64,000 nucleotides of DNA from Octopus sinensis (GCF_006345805.1 NC_042999.1:118916001-118980000); one strand, 5' to 3'; positions 26,215 through 40,290 are shown, counted from the stretch's first letter. Made by a program: numbers and translations. Notes: generated by a model not told the origin, from the sequence alone.

Positions 26215-26610
26215 TCTCTATATATATAAAGCTGAAGTTGTCTGTATATGGCAGGTTTGGTAGCCTTCAACTAACACAATCTCCTCCGAGACCCTGCGCA
26301 AGTTGACCAAAATTGAGAGTATGATAGAAGAAGGCTTGCTCTTCATTCTGCAGAAGAAAAAATTCAAATCGGACCATGTTAACACCAAAAATTATTTACA
26401 TCAAAAAGGGGCTTTTTTTTCTATCAAAATCCTTATTTTTTAGGATTTTTTTACTGCTGTGTCGTCATTTTTCGGTGTAGTTCAACCAGAAAAATGTTCA
26501 CTTAAAGATGACAAGAAGCTACATAATGCAAAATTTTTACTTTTCAAAAATTCCGATTGTAAAGGGTCGAAAAGAAAACAAACCTGAGCAACGCTGGATT
26601 ATACTGCTAG
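26215..26610 (+). mobile_element. Non-autonomous Helitron
   Basis: A|TC...subterminal cctgagcaacgctgg hairpin...ctgCTAG|T, i.e. canonical termini in an A|T target. Confidence 0.8.
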
Positions 26611-27089
26611 TAAATAAATAAATGAATAAATAAATGATTATATTCATAGAGAAGAAATGAATACTTTTTGGTGACTTAATATGGTTCTTCACCTTCAGTT
26701 TTAACTTGAGGTGGTTTCTTCACAAAGAGTACAATGATTGATACCGTTATCAAACAAAAGTGATAAGATGCTAAACAACTGAAGTTTCTTCTTCAGAAAG
26801 ATATTCACTTCTCACAACCGAAAATGTGGAAGAATTTTGTTGCTACCAGAAAATTCCAGCTTAAGCAGTCAGTGGTAGTCATATAACTGTGTATCTGTAT
26901 GTGTGACAGAGAGAGAAAATGGAAGAGAGGCAGGAGTAAGAGAGTGATATGAAGGAGAAAGAGAGAAAGGAGGAGAAAGGTACTATAAAGAAGAGAAATA
27001 AGTAAGAATGATTAGAGGAGAAAGAGAGAAAGATGAATGAGAGGCTGAAGGGAAAAAGAAAAAATATATGCCTGGATATACCTTTAAAG

Positions 27090-27390
27090 ATATTTTTCAG
27101 CTATTAGACTGCAACAAAGCTGGGGCACTACCTTGAAGGATTTTAGTCAAACAATTTGACCCTAGTACTTACTATTTTTTTTCTCTCTTTTTGCAAGCCA
27201 GGTATTTCTATTGGTTCTTTTTTTTTGCTGAACTGCTAAGTTACAGGGATGTAAACAAACCAATACCAGTTGTCAAATGGTGGTGGGGGACAAACACAGA
27301 CACAAGGACACACACACACACATACACATACATATACAACAGGCTTTTTTTAGAATACACTTGCCCAAGGTGCCACACAGTGAGACTATA
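27090..27390 (-). mobile_element. CORE-type composite SINE (deleted copy)
   Basis: Colinear with parts of 21200-21605. Confidence 0.7.
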
Positions 27391-27929
27391 TGTATATAAT
27401 TACTTCTATATGTATATTTGTGTATAACCATATAAATAAAAATGTACATGCATATACATATATATATACACACACATACACACAGCAGTATATATATACA
27501 CACACATACACATGCACACTCACACACAGGTGTGCATGCACACACACACACACACGTCACACACACACACACACATAGTTCTCTTAGTTATTGTTTACTC
27601 ATTGTAATGCACCTGACCACTATATACAAGCTCATTATATCATAACTAGTAAAATGGAAATAGTTTGCTTGTTTCTCAGTAATTTTGACTTAATCACTGA
27701 ATGGTTGTTATAAACTGTACATATGTGCATTTGTTTGTGTGTGAGGATGTGTGAGGAATTTGGATGGAGAGTGATACTGAGATTAAGATTTACATGTGTC
27801 AGACAAAAGAATGCATGTATTTGAATGAATATATAAACTTTGCCACACCCCAACAACTGCCTGTATCTTTGCCATGCTATCTTAATACCTGTGAAATTCA
27901 TGTTTATTGATTTCACTCCACAATGTGAA

Positions 27930-29100
27930 GCTACATCAAACTTAAAACAACTATATCTCCTACACCTGAGATATAGCTTATCCAGCCTCTTGGATTTTAT
28001 AAGTCATAAGATGTTTTTTTGTAAAATTTTGTAGGTCTTTACTACATCACATATGCATTCTTTTTGACCCCATGTCAACTCATTTGTGAGAGCCAATCCT
28101 TCCAATTCTGATCTAAACACTTCTTCCCAGAGCTTCATTGAATTGCCTCTATTATGAGTATGCTTTATTGCAAAATTAGTTATTTCTTGTCCTTGAGAAC
28201 TTTAATATAAATTGTAACCTTTGAAATCAACAAAAGCTTTCACTCTTTTACGGTGCCACAGCTTCTTTACAAAGCTGCTCAATTACAACCTACTTCTATC
28301 ATTTCTCATTTCTTGGATTAGAGGATTCCTGTTAGATTGCTCCATTGCACCATGTATCAATAGGTCTCCCTCTAATGCCAGTTAATCAACTAGGATGTGT
28401 TTCAAGGTTTTGTGATATCTCTCTCACTTCTTTCTTTATTTTTAACAACCTGCTTAATGTTACTTCTAACCAGACTTGCATATACTCTAGTACAGATGAT
28501 GTAAGATTTAAAGTCTCAGCAACTTTTCCCAAACACAACTTCCTCAGAGGCAAGTAAAACATTTTTCACAAAATATTTATAAACTCCATGCACAAAAACA
28601 TCTTATATATCCTATAAGTATAGGAGACTTTTACAAACTCTGTCTGATTCACTTACATCAAAACAGTCTGTGGAAATATTTAGATAACCTGTGATAAGCA
28701 CAATATCTCTAAAAATTATACTGCACCTTAGACCTGGAGTTGCCTTTTCAGGAGAGAGAAATATGTAAGTTCTACACATTTGCTGACCCTCCACAGAGCA
28801 GATAACATTACTACACATGCGAATGCATGTCTAGTAATAAATACCACATCTGAAACTAGTCATTCAACTGTAAGGTGTGTCTTCATTCATTAACACTCAA
28901 CATCTAATAACTCAAAGTCATCACATGTTCTCTCTTTCTTCTACTACTTGTATTAATGCAATTATCTTTGCACTTCTCAGTAAGTTGTGCGTCATTTTCA
29001 TTCAAATTCATTTGATTCCCCTTTCTTTCTTCCCTTCATCATGCTTTTGTAGTTCACCCCTTGACTTTTTCTGATCCTGTGTTCCCCCAACATTATCTTC
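27930..29100 (-). mobile_element. Highly decayed R4/Dong-like LINE
   Basis: Minus fragments KATPGL and ELTW...VKTYKIL...KSKRLDKLYLR resemble the R4-clade KAPG and post-RT W..LD.KTRK.L...KSD.DRLY motifs. Confidence 0.4.
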
Positions 29101-29271
29101 CCCACAAGAAAACTTTCTCATTAAAAACATCAAGTTCAGTCTCAACTTCACTACTCTGAGAGATCCTGTATAAGCTTTGGTTAATGTGCATCCACAGAAA
29201 GATGGTACATTTTTTTCTTATAATTCTTTCTATTCTTGTAGTTTTGTTATACAATGTTCTTAAAGTGGTGA

Positions 29272-29460
29272 ACTGGCAGAATCCTTAGCATGCTGGACAA
29301 AATATTTAATGGCACTTTGTCTGTCTTTACATCCTAAGTTCAAATTCTACTGAGGTTGACTTTGCCTTTGGTCCTTTCAAAACCAGTGACATAAGTACCA
29401 GTTAATGTAATCAACCAACCCCTTCCCACAAAAGTCTCCAATCTCATTTCTATTGCAGAA
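29272..29460 (+). mobile_element. tRNA-derived SINE (third family)
   Basis: gaactggcagaatc..tagca...gagttcaaattc..ctgaggttgactttgcctt..tcctttc...taagtaccag. Confidence 0.65.
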
Positions 29461-31732
29461 AAGTTTGTACTTTCTAATAATTTGTTTTCAAATCTAAGAA
29501 TACAAATCTAAGAATATAATTGGAAATGCTACACTGAAGAGAGAAGTAAGTAATTAAGCACTTTAATCTTCAAATGCGCATGTGGCTAATCGGAGTCATG
29601 TTGATTCATTATTTTTCGCTTTGCCTATGTAAAAAAGTGTGTTACTGTTGTGGAGATTCTTACAGTAGTAGAAAAGGAATTTTTAACTCTTATTTCTAAA
29701 TTCAGTATGTGGTGAAGTGATTAGCTGACCCCTAATTATAATTATGTTTATAAATATAGAGTATTTGTATAATTTTACCAATAAAGGTTTTTTTAATGTA
29801 CAGATCAACTTGGTAAAATTATTAATTAATTGATTGATTAATTAATTAATTTAATTGATTAATTTTACCCTTTTATTATTAATCTAAGAATACATGTTCA
29901 GAAGCAAATATTAAATCGGGGTTGCATTATATATAGAAATAATCTAAAAATTATTTGCTGAGAGCAAAGCAGCTAGTTAGAAAATCTCTATAAGAGATGA
30001 AATTACTAACTATACAGAGAAATAGTGTTTGTCACCTTTCAACATGAATGTTCTGTACAAACCAACATTACTACCCTGTTTGTAATATATATTGGGTGTG
30101 ACTTGTATCAATAACCAGCTAGAGGATGCGTCCTCTTGAGGTTAAAAAATGGTAGTAATGTCAGTTTCTATGGAACAGCCATGTTGAAGTGGCAACTAAC
30201 ATTATTTGCAGAAACTTATACCAAAATTATAGACTCAGCATAGCAGCACACCCTATCCCACTGGTACTATCTCACATTCTCAGATTAAATCAAAGGAAAG
30301 AAAGTAAGCAAACCTCTTCACATCTCACTTCTGCTCTGCATTTCACATAATTTATCATTACATCTAATAGAATATACTCAATTTAGTTCTCTCAAGTGAC
30401 TGCAATAGATCTGTACTAACCACACAATTAATTGCTTTATATCACTGTTCTCATTAGATATACCAGTAAATAAAAGGAAGGCAGTAATTGATGTTCAAAA
30501 TAATGAGACTTAATAAAAGGGGAAGTAGGTTTAGCATTAAAATAATTTACTGTAATTATCAACAACTGATGTAAATTCTTCAAAACTTAAAATGAAATCA
30601 ATATATTTGTTAATCCAAGTAACTAGTTATATCATGTTATTAATTGGCATATTTTCATGTTAACTATTAGTCCAAACCAACTCTTGATAATTCCTTTTGA
30701 TAAATTGAAGGTAGGTTAGTTTCCACCACATTAAATTAATGTCTGCCACAATCTTGCAACACTCATTCACTATATTCTTATCACATATTCACATCAACAT
30801 ATTTTTCCCAAACTGAACTAGACATTTTATATTCCCACCTGAGATTTAAATTCATTCAAACATAAAGAATAGTATAAATTTTGTTCGTATATAATGTCTG
30901 TCTATTTACATTTACTCTGCCTATTTCACTGTCATACCAATCATTTGACACACCAACTATATAGCTTTCCTACAGACAATTCTAAAATAAGCTAATACTC
31001 AAAGCAAAATGATATATGTTTGTCAATTAGCAAATGTGATGGTCTTTTAACCCAACTTACTTCATCGAAAGTTATATTCTTACTCCCAACACTGAAAGAT
31101 ATATTCTTATTCCCAACACATCAGAACTTCCATTAATTTATAGAATTTTCTTTTGGTATTTCATTCGATTCTTAATTCACTTCTGTATTGTCACTGAACT
31201 GTGTTTTCGCAACATTTTGTTTTTCTTATATTAAATTGAACAACTTGTCATTTTTCACTTTTCAATCATATACTCCACACTCAGTTCTACTTGCTACACA
31301 GAGAAGCAAGTTTTGTAAGAATTGTGATGAGCAGTTTCAACTATGGCACATCACTGTTGACAGTAATGGAAACTAATGGCTTTTCTCCTGCTAAGCTTTG
31401 ACCTTTTGTTCTCTGTCACTCCTTTATAGCTTTCTTGGAGGAACCCTAAATAACAACTTGTTGAAGTGTCTTTTAAAAGTTTTCATGTACATATTTGGCA
31501 AATTTTATTGAGACACCAGTGTGAGTCTATGATAATTTAGTGAACATCAATAGAATATGAACTAAACAATTATCCAGTTGAAGATGGAGATGCAAATTCG
31601 CTTTATTTACATTTCTATTGCTCTTAAGAAAGTCATGAACATTGCCCTTAGATAATATCCATCCTGTAACAAACAGGATCCTTGTGCTTAATTGGAAAAT
31701 AAAAATCAATAATATTCAGAATTTAGTGTATA

Positions 31733-32065
31733 ATACACACACACACACACATGTTAAATGCATAGAGTATATATGCACATAACTTTATACACATACACTT
31801 GCATGTATGCATACACCCACACAGACACATGCACTTGCAAGAATGCATGCACACACACATGCACAAACACAAGGAGTATATCCACACACACTGCTTCATA
31901 TACACACAGACATATGCATGTGTTGCCATGCACACACATGCATACACAAACAATACCTTCACAGATCCACACATGCCTGCCCCACACTCATGTGTGCACA
32001 AAGACACATATACACATGCATACATTAACATCATACACACACATGCTTGCTCACACACAGATTAA
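31733..32065. repeat. Degenerate (CA/CATA) simple repeat
   Basis: Direct reading; source of the His/Thr and Cys/Val-rich ORFs. Confidence 0.9.
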
Positions 32066-32329
32066 CACCAGGTCACTGTAGTTTCCCTTGCCACTTATGT
32101 CTCAAGCCAGTTTCTTCCTCTCCCAGTCATTTCAGCATACCTTGACTGTTTACTTCAAACATGATTGACTTTTTCTTTCCAATTTTTTTCCTCTCCTGTC
32201 CTTTCTGAAAAAGAGCATAAGCTTGAAACATTAAAGGCTTCTTCTATTTTACCTGAGAGTAAACCTAATACAACCTGTCTGTTTCTTTACCTCATCTTTG
32301 TTTTTTATATATTTGATGGGAAAGGTGAT

Positions 32330-32958
32330 ATCAGTTTGGCTCATATTGCCATCATGGTGAATTCCTCAGCTGAATTGAAGAACAGGGTATTTCTAGACTT
32401 AAGTAATAGTTATAATCTACATAAATGGTTGGGTGAAAGAGCAATTCTTGCTCCAAAAAATGAGATAGAAGCAAGGATTAACCATGAATTAGCAAATAAG
32501 ATTCCAACAGTCATTAAGGAGTACAAATCAGTTGATGAAAATCAAGCTGTCCATTACCCAACAGAGTTCCTTAATTCTCTTGAGCCACCTGAAATTCTTT
32601 CTCATAAACTTATACTGAAGGTAGGAGACCTAATAATGTTTGTAAGGAATTTAGATCCTCCTAAATTATGCAATGAGACAAAGTTGATTATGAAGACATT
32701 ATCACCTAATGTGATAGAAGCTATCATCACTGGATGTGCCTCTGAGGAAGAGGTTTTCACTCCAAGAATTCCAATCAAACATTATTAGTTTATATTATGA
32801 ATTCAGTATTGATTTCCCAATTAAAGAATAAATTGTATCCCAATGGAAGAATAAATTGAATTGAGAATAACAAATTTCTATACAACATATTTTACTTTTT
32901 TTCTTTCAATATATAAGGAACAATTTCATTCCTGGGCAATGCTGGGTGTCTCTGCTAG
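32330..32958 (+). mobile_element. Helitron 3' fragment with PIF1-family helicase piece
   Basis: ORF reads ERAILAPKN...YPTEFLNSL.P..H.L.LKVG..IM..RNL.PPKLCN.T...VFTPRIP, the Helitron helicase C-terminal domain. It is followed by a cctgggcaatgctggg hairpin and ctgCTAG|T. Confidence 0.9.
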
Positions 32959-32964
32959 TATATC

Positions 32965-33138
32965 GTTAAATCCACAAGTATTTTTTTAATTCTCTCTCTG
33001 TTTATTTTCTCTTATTTCTTTCTGTTGAAGAGCCTAGGCTCAAAATGTAAAAGACTTTCTCACTTTCCTAAGCATCAAGCTAATACACCTGCTTGTTGTT
33101 CATACACCTGTCTTTGTCTTTTTCTGTAAATTTCAACT

Positions 33139-33140
<2 letters not shown>
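32965..33140 (+). mobile_element. Short repeat carrying a degenerate hammerhead-like motif
   Basis: Homologous to 62186-62385; motif tcttt-CTGTTGA-A-GAGC ctag GCTC-AAAATGT-A-aaaga. Confidence 0.5.
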
Positions 33141-33169
<29 letters not shown>

Positions 33170-33283
33170 CATACATACATACATACACACATACATACAT
33201 ACATATATACATACATACATACATACATACATACACACGTACATACATACATGCATACATACATACATACATACATACATACA

Positions 33284-33315
<32 letters not shown>

Positions 33316-33319
33316 CATA
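33137..33319. repeat. (TACA)n microsatellite
   Basis: Direct reading. Confidence 0.95.
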
Positions 33320-34110
33320 CAGGGTGTTTGGGCTATATTTGATAATTTTTTTTTTATGAACATCTAGATGTATTGGTAAACAGTCAAAAGATTAAATTTG
33401 CAGCTGAGAAAAAGTTAGCTGACATGGAGGACTGGAGCCATTTGAATACTGGAAAAGATTTACCTGTATTATGATGATTCATACTGGTATCAAATTGTTG
33501 ACACCATGACTATTGCTCAAAGGTTTGTGAATCCTACAAAGGGTGTAAGACATAACATGGACATCATATAAACCAAGCTCCCTCAAAATGTGATGGTGTT
33601 TTGGTGTGTCTCCAGTGAAGGTTATGTCATGTCAGCCCACATCATTGAAGAAGGTCTTATGCTCAATTCAGAAGTTAGGTGAAGCTGTTGGAGACTGCAG
33701 TCAAACTGCAAGTGGAGACGGTGCTGCTTGAAAGCCATATGTTTCGAAACAGGATTCAGCTCCTTGTCATACATCTGGAAAGTGTTAGAAGTGTATGCCA
33801 AAGAATTTATATGACGACACCAGCCCCATCAATTTCTGAGCTCCTTATTCCCTCAATTAATGCCATAGATTACTATGTGTAGGGCATGGCTGAGAAAGAC
33901 AGCAACCACTCTGTCTGCAATACCAAGGCTGAGTTAGTGACCAAGATCAAAGAGTGTTTGAAGATCTTCTCGGTGACCCAGTGAGGACTGTATGTTCCAG
34001 GTTCCAGAGCCATCAAGTGGCCATTGTGGAAGGTGAGGGCTGCTACTTTGAGTAAACTGTTATCTCCCAGCAATAATCTAGCTGATATTTTTTGATTTAT
34101 TGAAGTACTT
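33320..34110 (+). mobile_element. DD37D (maT-type) transposon remnant
   Basis: TA|CAGGGTGTTTGGGCTA TIR; QDSAPCHTSG and DYYV motifs; C-terminal NTKAELVTKIKE; right TIR not seen. Confidence 0.8.
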
Positions 34111-34179
34111 TATTATTGGCTATAGCATGGAAGGCAGATGTTAAACGATGATAATAATGATGATGATGTTATATATATG

Positions 34180-34350
34180 TGTGCTGAGCTTCTTTCAGTT
34201 CCTGTATACCAAATCCATTCACAAGGCTTTGGTTGGCCAGGCACTATAGTATAAGACACCTGCCTGACTGCCCGAGATGCTAAGCAGTGGGACTGAACCT
34301 GGAGCCACGTACTTGGAAAGCAAACTTCTTACTACACAACCACACCTGTT
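34180..34350 (-). mobile_element. CORE-type SINE head
   Basis: ttctttcagttcctgtataccaaatccattcacaaggc...gggactgaacc. Confidence 0.7.
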
Positions 34351-34845
34351 TAGGCAACAGCAAATGTAAGTGGTCTAGGAACATAAACATTCCAACAAAT
34401 ATGACTAGTGTTAACCTCATAAGGCACAATGTACGAAATGCTATTTATCCTCTGTGACTATAATTTCAAGCAGATTTACTGAACTACAAAACTCTAAGAG
34501 GGCAATATATTTAAGTCAATGGTATCTGTGACAGCAGAAAAGTAATAATGTTCATTCTCCTTGAATTGAAGTCTGAAATCTTACTGAAACAAGAAGGTGT
34601 TAAAACAAAACCTGAAGCAAAAACAAAACAAGAATGCGTTTTCTATAGGCATGAATGACTTGTTTTCTGTAAAGTCAATGTTTTTGACAAATGATATGTC
34701 AGGAAAAATTGAAAAACTGATTAGTTTCAGAAATAATACCATGGTTTGGTTTACCTAGCTGAAAGAAACATTCATCTTGCTTAGTGTAAGAATATGTTTT
34801 GTGAAAGCTTTCAACACACACTCTAAGTATATCTTTTACATACTC

Positions 34846-34885
<40 letters not shown>

Positions 34886-34924
34886 CATATATAAATGTAT
34901 ATGTATATATATATATATATACAT

Positions 34925-34975
<51 letters not shown>

Positions 34976-35165
34976 TATATGTATATATGTATATATATAT
35001 ACACACACATATAACTCCAAGAATAGCATTGACTGTATTATCTATTCCTTCATTTTATACATGCATACACAAGTGAGATAGAGTAATATACATACATACA
35101 TACATACATACATACATACATACATACATACATACATACATACATACACATACACACACACACAT

Positions 35166-35214
<49 letters not shown>

Positions 35215-36724
35215 ATGCACACACACACACAAAGAAAAAGATTCAAAGAAGAAAAGAGAGAATATGTATGTATGTGTAAAACAATATAATCCTACAGTCA
35301 AGAGGGAAGCAAACATAAAAAAAGGAAACAAAAACAAAAGGAAGATAGAATGGTCAACTCCATGTACTTCAGCATTATTTCTTAGTAATATTAACTTGGT
35401 TGAAGAAAATAAACTGAATTGCCTGTAGAAGGAATTCATACAGGCAGTAGTACTGTTGGTGTGTATGTATTGTGTGTCTTTGCATTGCAAAGATATAATA
35501 TAGAGTGAATACTGGATAGAAACCCAATTTCCTTTATTACCAGAATCATTTTATTTTTTGCTTTTTATCTTTTACTTGTTTCAGTCATTAGATTGTGTGA
35601 CCATGCTGGGGCATCACATTGAAGAATTTTAGTTGAATGAATTTGACACCAGTACTTGTTATTTTATTTTTTGTAAAACCTTGTACTTATTCTATAGATA
35701 CTTATTCTATCGACACCACTGCCACCACTCTCATCCCCACCACCACAGTCAAATTATCCCATCACCCCTACAACCAATATCACCACTCCTCTTCCAAAAT
35801 TACCAGAAACATCATATCTACTATTGCAACGTCTTCTCTTCTGTGAGCCCACAATTGCTGATACAAATGTGGGTACCTTTTTTCTTAAGCTTGGCAGAGC
35901 CTATTTATTGTCCTTCCAAGTTTAACCGAAGTTGATTAATTCCACAGCGAGAGGTGGAAGAGAAAGAGAAAGAGGGAGGAGAGAGAGAGAGGGAGAGAAG
36001 TTTTAATAATATTATTCAACAAATATTTCATTTATAAACTCTGAAGAGATTATAGACAAAGTTGGCTACAGTAAGATTTGAACTTACAAGTACAGAGAAC
36101 CAAAACAATATGATCAGGCAATGACATTACCAGTTCACTGCTTACTTTCACTACTACCTATTCTTCTGACCAGCACTGTTTAATTCTAAACAATACCACT
36201 GCCAGCACTGTGAAAGCTTCCATCATAACAGCTAGGCCTGCTACCCTAACATACTGTTGCCAATGATTGCATCACTATCACTTCTCAACTAGAGCAATCC
36301 AATCACTGCCACTGCTATTATCAGTCAGTAAATCAGTCATAGAAACCACTTGGAATATTGAGTTATTGACTTTTGTAGCCAGGACGGAAGCATCAAGTGA
36401 CTATTCTTATTAACGGAGAAAATGAGCCTATCACAAATCTATGGACAGAGAAAGCTTCTGGTAGCTTTCTTGCTTTATCTCATGCTAACACTAAAATTAA
36501 ACTTTGATTTTCAAAGACAAAATGAGAAAATAATGTAAGCTAAAATTAATGAAATAACATAACACGTCATTTTCTCCTTTGTGCTCACAAAGACTTTGAG
36601 AAGAGTCAATTTACACACCTACACAGCATAAAACCTAGTATTTGTGAGTTCTAGACTCATCTTATGAAGATGCACACAACATACAATATAGCACTTTTCT
36701 ACGTTATGCATACCTTACAAATTG

Positions 36725-36925
36725 GTTTCAAATGTTGGCACAAGGCCAGCAATTTTGGGAATGGAGTAAGTTAAATCAGCCCCATTGTTCAATTGGTACT
36801 CCTTTTATCAGATTCAAAAGAATAAAAGGCACAGTTTGCCTCAGTGGGATTTGAACTCAGAATGTAAAGACAGTTGAAATGCTGCTAAACATCTTGCCCA
36901 GCATACTAATGACTTTGCCAGCTTG
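36725..36925 (-). mobile_element. tRNA-derived SINE (third family)
   Basis: Reverse complement of 29272-29460. Confidence 0.6.
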
Positions 36926-37695
36926 CAGCCTTGATACATACCTTACATGTTATTATTTACTATTTAACACTAATTTATTGATACATTACTGCATATAAGG
37001 AATTATCCTTATCATACATTGAACATTATCAATATACTACTGCAAGGATGAGAACATATTTAATATAGAATATTATCTGTACAGCTCACCCAGACATTAT
37101 CAATAAGGCATTATATGTAGAGCACTGCTATGAACAGTATACAACTTATATTAGAGTATTAATGGTAAAGCGCTACTAGGCATTATCCATGTCATTTCAC
37201 TGATTATCACCACTACAGTACAATAGGACACAGAGCATAGCCATGGCTAGGCAATGAAAGCACACAGCAATTAATTGAAAAAGTCATAGAATAAGTGGAT
37301 AGATACTTAGAGGGTGAGATAGAGAGAAGCAGTATTATAAGCGTAATATTGATTTTTAGCATCAAGAGACAGTCCCACATCTAGGGAGCAAGTGATGTAT
37401 AGTTGATTTAAAACAATCCCCAGTACATGAAAGCTATTTATTTATCACCCACCACCTGCCTCACCAATCGAATGGAAACCAAGCTGGAACATAAAAGAAC
37501 ACAACATAGCATTGGAATTTTATCAGTTATTCTATTTAATTTACCATCTTTCATCATTAACAATAAGTGGCAGTAGCAGCAACAACAACAACAAAAACAG
37601 CAGCAGCAGTAGGAGGAGCAGTAATAGGAAGAAATAAAAACAAAATAAAATAGTTATTGGGAAGTTCAATAGAAAAGCTTCTTGACATTGTTTAA

Positions 37696-37917
37696 CCCTT
37701 TTGTTACCGTATTTATTTTGAGATGCTCTGTATTTCTTTGAATTAATTATAAATATAACAAAGGATTTAGTAAAATAACTTAGGTATCATTAAGCTAGTG
37801 TTAGGAACATAAACTGTGACTAAGGTTTGGCAGAAGATTTTTATTTAAAACTTATGAAAACAAGACATTTGTACTACAGAGCCAGAGCCGGTTTCAGCTG
37901 GGTTGGTAACAAAAGGG
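37696..37917. mobile_element. piggyBac-type MITE
   Basis: TTAA|CCCTTTTGTTACC...GGTAACAAAAGGG|TTAA: 13-bp TIR and TTAA duplication. Confidence 0.9.
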
Positions 37918-38039
37918 TTAAGATCACTGCCTTTGAACTAAAATCCTATGAAGTAGAATTTGAAGTAGTTGGAGAATATGGGGGTGGGATTAGTTAATGA
38001 CAAGTAAATATATGATTTCAGGTTACCAAACCTGATGTA

Positions 38040-39354
38040 CAGGGTGTTCGGGCTAAATTTGAGTTTGCAAAAAAAGAAAAGGACATGCAATATCACATCA
38101 AAAATAAAAGTATTTCAAGAAATCTGTAACAGGATGAGAGGTCTCCACACTGGATGGGTGCAGCTCACATCCTTTACATTAAATAGCAATCGAAGAAAGA
38201 GTCATGAATTCCGATTAACTTCAACAGTATAAATATTTATTCCTTGATTCGCAATATATACATTTCCTTCCTATGGGTGAATCAGCAGCCTAGGAGCTTA
38301 TTGCAGTAGTCAAGTGGAGTGAGTCAATCCTCTCCATTCAAGCATAGTGGAGATACACCACGAGGTAGCAGCTTGAGAGAGCTGATAAAACATGTCTGTC
38401 TTGTTCAGCTGTTGGCGTTCAAGAGAGCAATATGAGAGAATTTCGCTACTGATAGTTTTCTGCTCATGTGCACAAGAGAACTTCCGGCAGACTTCCCAGA
38501 AGACTCCAACCCTGCGCATGCATGCTGGAGATTTCCAAGATAGCGTCACTACAAATCAAAATGTGCCAACTGCATTACTGTTAGGAGATAACTGTTTACT
38601 CAATGTAGCTCTCACTTCCACCACAGCCTCAAGACAGCTCCAGAACTTGATGCATGCATTCATCCCTATGTTTCTGGAAAGATCATCAAATAGCTCGTTG
38701 ATCTTGGCCACTAACTTGGCTTTGGTGTTACAGTCAGAGCATATTAATCCATGGGAATACAATCAGTGGATTTAGGAAGCCAGAATTAGGGCTGATGTAG
38801 TTGTAGAAATTCTTCAATGATCACTTCTGGCTTTTTCCAGAGGTGTGGCAAGGAGCTGAATCCTGCTGCCATGCATATGGCCTTCAAGAAACAACTCTCT
38901 CCAGCCAGAGTCTGACCAGTCTGTGGCAACTTCACATGGACATCTGAATTGTGCCGAATGCCCTGTTCATCAGTCGTTGGATGACTTCTGGTATGCAGAC
39001 ATAGAACGTTTGCTGTATTCCTTTCTGCTGGCCATAGCTTCATAATTTCCACTGCAGTTTTCATGTCACATCTCACAGCTTTTACACTGTTCATAAAAAC
39101 ACTGAGCAGCCATCATGATGTCAGCATTTTGAAATATGGCATAAATTATCATAATTTATGTAAATCATTTCTAATATTCAGATGGCTTCCAGCCCTCCAT
39201 GCCAGCTAAATTTTTCTTAACTATAACTATAATTTTTCTTAACTATAACTATAATTTTCTTAACAATAACTATAATTTTTATGTTCCCCAATGCCATTGA
39301 CTATTCACCAATGCATTAAGCTGTTTCTGAAAAAAAATTAGCCTGAGCATCATG
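38040..39354 (-). mobile_element. DD37D (maT-type) transposon remnant with both TIRs
   Basis: TA|CAGGGTGTTCGGGCTAAATT ... AATTAGCCTGAGCATCATG|TA. Minus translation includes WQQDSAPCHTSGK and CNTKAKLVAKINE. Same subfamily as 33320. Confidence 0.85.
38125..38553 (-). mobile_element. Solo LTR (429 bp) nested in the DD37D element
   Basis: AATC|TGTAAC...ACTACA|AATC: TG...CA ends and 4-bp target duplication. Absent from the sister copy at ~34060-34110. AATAAA present on the minus strand. Confidence 0.8.
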
Positions 39355-40167
39355 TAAAACTGATTATAAAAGCAAGCTCAACGAAGTTGAATGCTTTGAG
39401 TCACAAAATATTTGCCAGCATTAACAAAAGACAAAAGAAAAGGTTTTTGAAGAAATATAGAATAAGAAACTTTCCAAAAGCATGGATATTCCTACTGACT
39501 GGATAGCTAAAACAAATTCCCATAACACCATTAGAAAAAAACAGCAGATTGAAAGCATCTTCTAATAGATATTTCAATCCCAATAGCCCTAAAAGGAAAA
39601 GATGTACAATGTTCTATTAACAGAACTATCTAGAATGTGAGGATGATGGAAAACAAAAGCAATCATTATTAGAATATAGGCTTGGGTTGATTAAAAAGAA
39701 ACATAGGAAACAGACATACGAAAGGCTCTTGAATTGTTTCTGTCTATATACTAGTCATGTTTGCCATGCAGCTTTCAACTTTTCTACATGGCACTGTAGA
39801 TGCCTTCCACTACAGCTACATGTTGATCAATAGCTTATGAGTAAAATTTGGTACATATAAACTATACAGAAGTCTTTCATGTGTGTGTTTGATGGGTGTA
39901 TTTCAGAGTTTCAATTGTCTGGTATTTCACTTAATATGAGACCATGAAATAAAAATTCTCTCTTGAGAGCCATTTTAGTCATTTAATTGACACAGTTCTA
40001 CTCCAGTGGAATTGTATCAGTGATCACAAGGGACAAAAATACTGTCACCTTTCCAGATAAATGGAATTATCAATATAAAAGTTTCCATTTGCTTTTAGGT
40101 GGCTAAAATGGCTCATCCATGATGTAATTGTAATGTGTGCATGAATAATTACGTAACATATACATGT

Positions 40168-40290
40168 ATTTACATGCATGCATTTATACATACATACATA
40201 CATACATGCATGCATACATACATACATACATACATACATACATACATACATACATACATACATACATACATACATACATACATGCATGCA
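40168..40290. repeat. (TACA)n microsatellite
   Basis: Direct reading. Confidence 0.95.

Noticed and set aside
36377-36460. Plus-strand exon candidate PGRKHQVTILINGENEPITNLWTEKAS
   Set aside because: Weak donor and unrecognised; within chance expectation.
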